This document shows, piece by piece, positions 1 to 5,503 of a stretch of DNA of 7,081 nucleotides. The notes under the pieces were generated by a model. The model was not told the DNA's origin, made no database searches, and saw only the letters and a list, made by a program, of their open reading frames with translations. Position 1 is the first letter of the stretch. Every line of letters starts with the position of its first letter. Source of the DNA: Oopsacas minuta (Eukaryota > Animalia > Porifera); NCBI GenBank assembly GCA_024704765.1, contig JAKMXF010000191.1, positions 1-7,081 of the forward strand, given 5' to 3'. Made by a program: the position numbers and the translations under genes.

Positions 1-610
1 AGAAGAAGAATGGGTTACAAACCATTCCCGACAACCCCTGAGTAACACACGTGTTTATTAGGTGTCCACTTCTAGAGAAGAAGTGGACACAATTTGGACT
101 CCTGTCTAGCACTACTATGCTGTTTGGAGTTACTTTTACATCTACAGGGATAATTAGCTGTTGAGTACCTAAATAATTTGGAATTTAAGTTCATCTGAGT
201 AAATACAAACTCTGTGATTGCTACTATCAGCTACATACACGTCTCCGTCATAATCTGTACAGAGTCCACGTGGATGATCTAGCTCTCCCTCTCCTGATCC
301 TCTGGTACTCGCTACCTTTAAATCACTGAATTGGAACAAAGTATGGTGATGAAAGTCCGTAACTAAGACGTGATCTTCTGTTACTGCTACTCCACAAAAT
401 TAGTGACGAAGTTTCCCTCAAAAGCAACAACTTGTAGACGACAGTAACCAAAATCAGCTCTGTATATCAGCTGATTAGGTTCATATAGTTTGTTATCAGC
501 TTCCCCTTCCTTCCTTACAGCTATGACAGGCTTCTTCTTGAAAGAGTAGTCCAACTCCCATTCTTTCACCTCAGCAGACATACGAGCATTCTTTGATTCA
601 TTGTTGCCAT
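1..610 (-). pseudogene. Frameshifted tandem paralogue of the NHL gene at 1058-1915; its 3' end lies outside the window
   Basis: Colinear with 1249-1915 by manual alignment, and ATG at 610-608 corresponds to 1915-1913. Lesions relative to the intact copy: 1-bp deletion near 601, 24-bp in-frame deletion near 475-486, net 25-bp deletion at 390-395 giving TAG at 389-387, 6-bp in-frame deletion near 309-313, and 1-bp deletion near 179. The ORF-track ORF 387..581 is one fragment of it. Confidence 0.85.
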
Positions 611-684
611 TTGTTTTCGTTTGTTAGAAATAATAGAAACTAAATACAGACTCTATTTTTTACTTGTGTAACTTGAGAATACCA

Positions 685-696
685 ATTGACGTCAAT
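685..696. promoter_or_regulatory. Palindrome ATTGACGTCAAT containing a full CRE (TGACGTCA), about 75 bp upstream of the pseudogene ATG
   Basis: Perfect 12-bp palindrome read directly. TGACGTCA is the CREB/ATF consensus. Function is not shown. Confidence 0.3.
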
Positions 697-1001
697 GGTT
701 GCTATAGTATACCTTCATTACATTATACTAGGCGTATTTCTATTGTTTTGTGGTTTATACTTCTCAGTGAGTAAAACTTATCATGAAAAACACTTCATTT
801 ACACACAATTGCTGATTCAAACACTTTTAATGTCCTTCTTTGTCGATATTTTCCCGTTTTAACCTTTAATATCATCCAAACCTAGAAATATGGCACAAAA
901 TAGTATCCCACTCTTAATCATACAAATAGTGTTAAATTGATCCGATTAATTGGATCAAAATGTCCTCTGGTACCGATGTGACCCTATTAAGTGGAGTCTA
1001 C

Positions 1002-1030
1002 TTTATTTGTTTATTGATTTTTTGTTTATT
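1002..1030 (-). terminator. Cluster of three AATAAA polyadenylation signals for the NHL gene
   Basis: tttatt on the + strand at 1002-1007, 1010-1015 and 1025-1030, which is 28-56 nt downstream of the TAG at 1058. Confidence 0.6.
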
Positions 1031-1057
1031 AGTTGTTTATGTGTTAGAAAATACAAA

Positions 1058-1915
1058 CTAGAATAATTGTAACTTGCAATTATTAGACACAATAAATATA
1101 ATTCCTAATTGAGAAATACAAATACCATATGGAAATGATCCCTGTCCTACGCCCCTAATGGTATGGATTAGTTCCCCTGAGGGAGAGAGTATCTTGATCT
1201 CCTCATGAGAATAATCGCTAATGAGAATATTCCCTGCTGGATCCAAGCAGAAGAAGAATGGGTTACAAACCATTCCCGACAACCCCTGAGTAACACACGT
1301 GTTTATTAGGTGTCCACTTCTAGAGAAGAAGTGGACACAATTTGGACCTATGTCTATCACTAGAATGCTGTTTGGAGTTACTTTTACGTCTCTAGGAAAC
1401 TTTAGCTGTCGAGTGCCCAATCTATTTAGGAATTTAAGTTCCCCCGAGTAAATACAAACTCTGTGTTTGCTACAATCAGCTACATACACGTCTCCATTAT
1501 AGTCTGTACAGAGTCCTGTAGGATAATTTAGCTCTCCCTCTCCTGATCCTCTGGCACCAGTCCTAGCTACATTGAAATCACTGAAATGGAACAAAGTATG
1601 GTGCTGAAAGTCCGTAACTAAGACGTGATCTTCTGTCACTGCTATACCCCAGGGCCTCCTGAGTATGTCTTGTCCAAAATTAGTTACGAAGTTTCCCTCA
1701 AAAGTAACGATTTGTATACGACAGTTACCAGAATCAGCAATGTATATCAGCTGATTAGGTTCATATATAGCTAGACCTTTAGGTTCATATCGGTAATTAT
1801 TTGCCCTCCCTTCCTTCCCTACAGCTATGACAGGCTGCTTCTTGAGAGAGTAGTCCAGCTCCCATTCTTCCACCTCAGCAGACATACGAGCTCTCTTTGA
1901 TTTATTTGTTGTCAT
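1058..1915 (-). CDS. Stand-alone NHL-repeat six-bladed beta-propeller protein (TRIM71/LIN-41/TRIM2/3-type NHL domain, no RING/B-box/coiled coil), 285 aa, single exon
   Basis: Six NHL-type blades are readable: YEPKGLAIYEPNQLIYIADSGNCRIQIV; LRRPWGIAVTEDHVLVTDFQHHTLFHF; LNYPTGLCTDYNGDVYVADCSKHRVCIY; LKFPRDVKVTPNSILVIDIGPNCVHFF; CNPFFFCLDPAGNILISDYSHEEIKIL; FPYGICISQLGIIFIVSNNCKLQLF. The G-x-x-G-x-G-x-G-x-L-x-x-P-x-G motif (TGARGSGEGELNYPTG) is typical of NHL repeats. ATG at 1915-1913, TAG at 1060-1058, AATAAA signals downstream. Confidence 0.9.
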   Translation of the reverse strand: MTTNKSKRARMSAEVEEWELDYSLKKQPVIAVGKEGRANNYRYEPKGLAIYEPNQLIYIADSGNCRIQIVTFEGNFVTNFGQDILRRPWGIAVTEDHVLVTDFQHHTLFHFSDFNVARTGARGSGEGELNYPTGLCTDYNGDVYVADCSKHRVCIYSGELKFLNRLGTRQLKFPRDVKVTPNSILVIDIGPNCVHFFSRSGHLINTCVTQGLSGMVCNPFFFCLDPAGNILISDYSHEEIKILSPSGELIHTIRGVGQGSFPYGICISQLGIIFIVSNNCKLQLF

Positions 1916-2222
1916 TTGTTTTCGTTTGTTAGAAATAATATTTAACTAATACAGACTAATGATAGAAAGAATAATGGGAAAACTATAAATGTTATTTCGA
2001 TAATTATCCATGGTGTATGAAAGCAGTATTTCTACAATTATGTAAAAATTAAATTGTTTTCCGCAAGAAATCTATTTTGAGAATCTTTGCATTGAATTCC
2101 ACTAACAAATTGCAGGATTTGTTACTCGATTTCTACGGAGCCATATTTTCCAAACCTGATAGACTGGGCGTTTAGGGACGCCTGTGTATACGTATATTGA
2201 TTAATTATACAATTATACTTAG

Positions 2223-2447
2223 GTATTATGGCGCTCAATATCAGTTGAGGGTATAACCAGATCTACCATAGAATCAGAGCTTAAGAAGGTTGATATAGAC
2301 GTGTTGAAAGGAGCAATGGATAATTCACAAGAGAGAGGTGTGAAGAGAAAGAGAAAGGATAACGGGAGACGGAGGGTTACACGAGCTCATGTCAGTAATA
2401 CTCATCTGGAAAAGGGGTATCTACATGACTACAGAGGGGTTAATTAG
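2223..2447 (+). other. Stop-free purine-rich frame (74 codons): possible small ORF or gene fragment
   Basis: Translates as ...SISVEGITRSTIESELKKVDIDVLKGAMDNSQERGVKRKRKDNGRRRVTRAHVSNTHLEKGYLHDYRGVN*. First in-frame ATG at 2316. An ATGGCG at 2228 is out of frame by one base. No family recognised. Confidence 0.3.
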
Positions 2448-2647
2448 TTATTTGAAGATTAATTTTATTTGTATTATTTCCTGAATATGATTGCTTTAAT
2501 TGATTGTCTAATTTGCAAAGAGAAATCTAATCTCTATTTATACCAATACTACCACGCTTCACTAGCTTAGTGCTTGAGGTTAGCTTAAGTATTAAATAGC
2601 TAAATTTCTTGATAGTTTGGGTTGAACACAACGCTCGGCTCTATTAT

Positions 2648-2764
2648 CCAGGCGCATATATTTCAGCAAATAATTCTAGGCGTACGACATTTTGCCAAGA
2701 GTCCTATATCGTAAAAATTGTCCAGGCGTATGAAAAGTATTCTAATACAGTAGTTTAGGCGTAT
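2648..2764 (+). repeat. Four short direct motif copies, consensus YYAGGCGYAY, 72-190 bp upstream of MRPS18B
   Basis: AGGCGCA at 2650 and AGGCGTA at 2678, 2724 and 2757. A fifth copy is at 730. Confidence 0.6.
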
Positions 2765-2835
2765 AGCCCTGAGAACCTGGATGAACCCTGCTTGTTACTG
2801 TACCTGTTCAGTAAACCAAGACTAGAAAATTTATT

Positions 2836-3351
2836 ATGTCTACAACATTATTATATTCTATTGGAATGAACCTATCCAATCTCCTCAGGATATCTACCTC
2901 CATATATTCACATTCTATCACTCGTACTCTCTACAAGGTATACACTGTCCCCGATGAGAACTACAGGGCACCGTATAATGTAGAGAACTTCGAGAAGCCC
3001 CCGATATGGGCAGACCCTAAATATAAGAGAAAATTCAAGGGTCACATTGCTCCAAAGCGGACTACTAGGAATTGTTACATCTTTCATAAAGGTATTCCTG
3101 TAAGGAAAAAGAAACGTTGTCCTGTATGTGACAATAATCAGTATTTCACATACAAAGACATTGAGTTTATAAAGAATTTCATATGTCCCATAATGAATGA
3201 ACTATTACACTGTGGTATAACTGGAGTATGCAGATACCAGCAACAGAGACTCATGAAGGAGTTTCACACAGCTCAGATGCATGGATACCTTTTGATGAAG
3301 TTGCCTAGGCCTGAGCTAGACTGGCTTAGAGATCAAAATGTACCTAAATAG
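2836..3351 (+). CDS. MRPS18B: Mitochondrial small-subunit ribosomal protein S18b (mS40), 171 aa, single exon
   Basis: PIWADxxYKRxFKGHIAPKRTTRNC ... CPVC ... FICP ... TGVCRYQQQRLMKEFHTAQMHGYL matches the metazoan MRPS18B pattern (PVWADYRRNHKG..PPQRTRKTC ... CPICRD ... TGVCxKQHKRL...ARDHGLL, from recall). It has four Zn-ligand cysteines and an S/T/L/R-rich, acid-free N-terminus resembling a mitochondrial presequence. Confidence 0.9.
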   Translation: MSTTLLYSIGMNLSNLLRISTSIYSHSITRTLYKVYTVPDENYRAPYNVENFEKPPIWADPKYKRKFKGHIAPKRTTRNCYIFHKGIPVRKKKRCPVCDNNQYFTYKDIEFIKNFICPIMNELLHCGITGVCRYQQQRLMKEFHTAQMHGYLLMKLPRPELDWLRDQNVPK

Positions 3352-4135
3352 ACCATATTTATTCTTATTAAGTATTGTAGTGTAGTGTGTCATTTAATAT
3401 TTACCTAAAAGTTGTTGTAGCTTGTAACACTAAGGGTCCATCGAAACTTGTTGTTCTTATAGAATTGTATTTCGCCTATCCAAGCTATCCTATAGAAGAA
3501 AGGCCGATTGGGTCATATATTCGTGTTCTGAAAAATACCAAATTTGCGTATTATCATCGAAAATTGATGTAAATACGATTTGCTTATTCAAGGTACGAGT
3601 ATAACCAGTGGTGTGTTGGGACACCTTATTTTTGAAAAGATCACAACAAGCTGAAAAAGCAGTAAAATTTCAGTTCTTAATCAATTGAAAATTGTCGCAA
3701 GACCTATTTCGGACCGATATTGACTTCCCCTGAGGTTCGAGTTACCATATGTTGACTGTATTCAAGTAGGGAATTTATGATACTATCAAATTTGCATACT
3801 CTGCCCTAAATATTCAGTAGATCGGCGCATCATTAGCTAGTTTTAGTATTAAACACCCTATCTAACCATCTCCTCAGAATGGTAAGTGGTCACCGGCCAG
3901 GAATTATCTAGGATTCTAGGCACCTATCAGGCACATAAAAGTGCAAGCTCAGCTGCCATGAAAGAAAATATGTGGCACCGTGATACTCTGATAAAGTACA
4001 AGAAAGCCCTGCAATAAGTGTAGGTCCAGAAATCTGGATAAACCACTGAAAGTGACCTTATCCTCATCCAGGAAATGACATTTACAAATACAGATTAGTG
4101 CAATTGAAATTCCGTTAACACAATGAATTGATATA

Positions 4136-5285
4136 CCGTATTTCCTTGAATAGTAGCCTGGGAGAGTATTAATTAGCACACCTCGTATCTTCAGAAATGA
4201 GATATCAACTAACCAAACCATATAACTGAGATTACCTCGAGTTAAGAGGGAAGACGAAATTTATCTTGCTTATACATTGCTATGCCTTCACTTTTCCGAA
4301 TAATATACAGGAGATTCTTAAAATTAGCGAGCTGCAATCATGTTAAACGAGGTTTCACGCTTTTCGATTACAAAATATTCAACTATACATCCAAATAATA
4401 TTTGTCAAATAATATAGTGTCCAGTATGATATTATCATCACAAACCTCGGGTATAAATCATGGATTGATAGCAACCAGTGGCGTCGTGTGGCTTTGAAAT
4501 CTGGGGGGCACAAATTCAATCTAGCGTGCAACTAGTTCTGGATGAGTGTCTATTGGTGCTATAAACAATCGCTAAGGTCCAGGACCGAAAAACCCATCGC
4601 AAGAAATAACGTTTGATTTGCAATTAACCCAGTAAGTTGACATTTCCTGATCCCTTGGAGTAAGGATGTGGGAACTCGGAGAATAATTGGGGGGGGTCTA
4701 GGCCCCCCAGTTACATATAGCACGACGCCACAGATAGCGACCCAATTTGAGAGGGCTATAATATCGGAAAATCATAAGTATAATGAACAACCCAACACTC
4801 ATTTGATGATATCTTTATTTATGTTGAGCTCACACTTAAAGTTGAAAGTTTTACAGCATATATACCCAACGAGGGCCATTGTGCGCATCACACATATCGA
4901 AAAACCCTCCAAACCAAATAAGTATTGCGCAGTGAAGAGAAAGATTCGAGTTTTGAAGTGACTTGATAGTAGAAAGGCAACTAATTTGGATTCTAATAGC
5001 GTTTGTTGTCCAACACCACTCTGAGGAGCTTAAAACGCTCCCAGACCACCAGCTGGATTATCATCCCCCACCATCCCCACCAGAATTTCCTGAATCCAAT
5101 AGAGTAATCACCCAGGACACCCCCAAAATGTCGCAACGCTCAAGCTCTCCAATTGAAACAATCAGCCTCCCCAATTGGACAATCCTGTATCCGCACCTGG
5201 TTGGCCCCCATATGCTGGGCCCAAGTTACAACCCTGCTCGGGGGGGCGATTATTCGAGGGACGGATACTATTCAAGGAAACACGG
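4136..5285. mobile_element. Non-autonomous Tc1/mariner-superfamily (Tc2/pogo-like) DNA element, 1150 bp, 23-bp TIRs, TA target site duplication
   Basis: Left TIR CCGTATTTCCTTGAATAGTAGCC (4136-4158). Right TIR GGATACTATTCAAGGAAACACGG (5263-5285), matching the reverse complement at 21/23. TA lies on both sides (4134-4135, 5286-5287). CCGTA termini with TA TSD are characteristic of Tc2/pogo-like elements. No recognisable transposase inside. Confidence 0.85.
4476..4733. mobile_element. hAT-type MITE, 258 bp, nested inside the Tc2/pogo-like element
   Basis: Left end CAGTGGCGTCGTG...CTGGGGGGC (4476-4509). Right end, reverse complemented, CTGTGGCGTCGTG...CTGGGGGGC (4733-4702). The terminal 13 bp match 12/13 and the inner 9 bp match 9/9. 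Flanked by 8-bp ATAGCAAC (4468-4475) and ATAGCGAC (4734-4741), 7/8 identical; an 8-bp TSD is the hAT signature. Confidence 0.85.
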
Positions 5286-5503
5286 TAGTATCTATAAATT
5301 GCATTCCCATACATTAGAATAGCTAAACTCCTCCAAACTTTCGAGGCTGTATCTCATTTTGAGCATAACTCATTTTCTGTTGTTCTGCTTATTCATTTTC
5401 TTATACCCACCCAAATACAAGTTATGACTTGATAAAGCCCTTAAGGTGACGACAATCTTAAATAATTTATTAAATATTTCACGTTAGTTTAATTTCACAT
5501 AAA

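Larger units (their letters stand above)
1..1957. repeat. Direct tandem duplication: 1-652 is homologous to 1249-1957
   Basis: Position 1 aligns to 1249. The first 99 bp are identical, the rest is diverged with indels, and homology stops at acagact (646-652 / 1951-1957). Confidence 0.95.

Noticed and set aside
1-1915. Diversity-generating-retroelement (TR/VR) interpretation of the NHL pair
   Set aside because: Differences are not adenine-specific, there are large indels and no reverse transcriptase is present.
2187-2196. Short palindromes TATACGTATA, ATTTTTCGAAAAAT (6436-6449) and ACACGTGT (47-54)
   Set aside because: They are short or low-complexity and expected by chance in AT-rich DNA.
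2648-2764. CRISPR-like interpretation of the AGGCGYA repeats
   Set aside because: The repeats are only about 10 bp, spacing is irregular, there are no cas genes and the context is eukaryotic.
3387-3572. 61-aa ORF after MRPS18B
   Set aside because: It has a GTG start and no recognisable features, and probably lies in the 3' UTR or intergenic DNA.
3606-3625. CAGTGGTGTGTTGGGACACC as a hAT terminus paired with 5006-5023
   Set aside because: The match needs several indels, the flanks give no TSD, and the candidate partner lies inside another element.
3949-4221. ORF-track 90-aa minus-strand ORF
   Set aside because: It spans the left TIR (YYSRKYG is the TIR translation) and has no recognisable homology.
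4340-4400. KRGFTLFDYKI as a pogo transposase N-terminus
   Set aside because: The resemblance to KRxSYTxEFKL is too weak, and stops follow immediately.
4668-4961. ORF-track 97-aa ORF
   Set aside because: It starts at GTG inside the MITE and crosses the MITE boundary, so it is not a real gene as given. Only the MITE-excised version is noted as a finding.
4963-5322. ORF-track 119-aa ORF
   Set aside because: It has a TTG start, runs through the right TIR (YYSRKHG is the TIR translation) and shows no recognisable domain.
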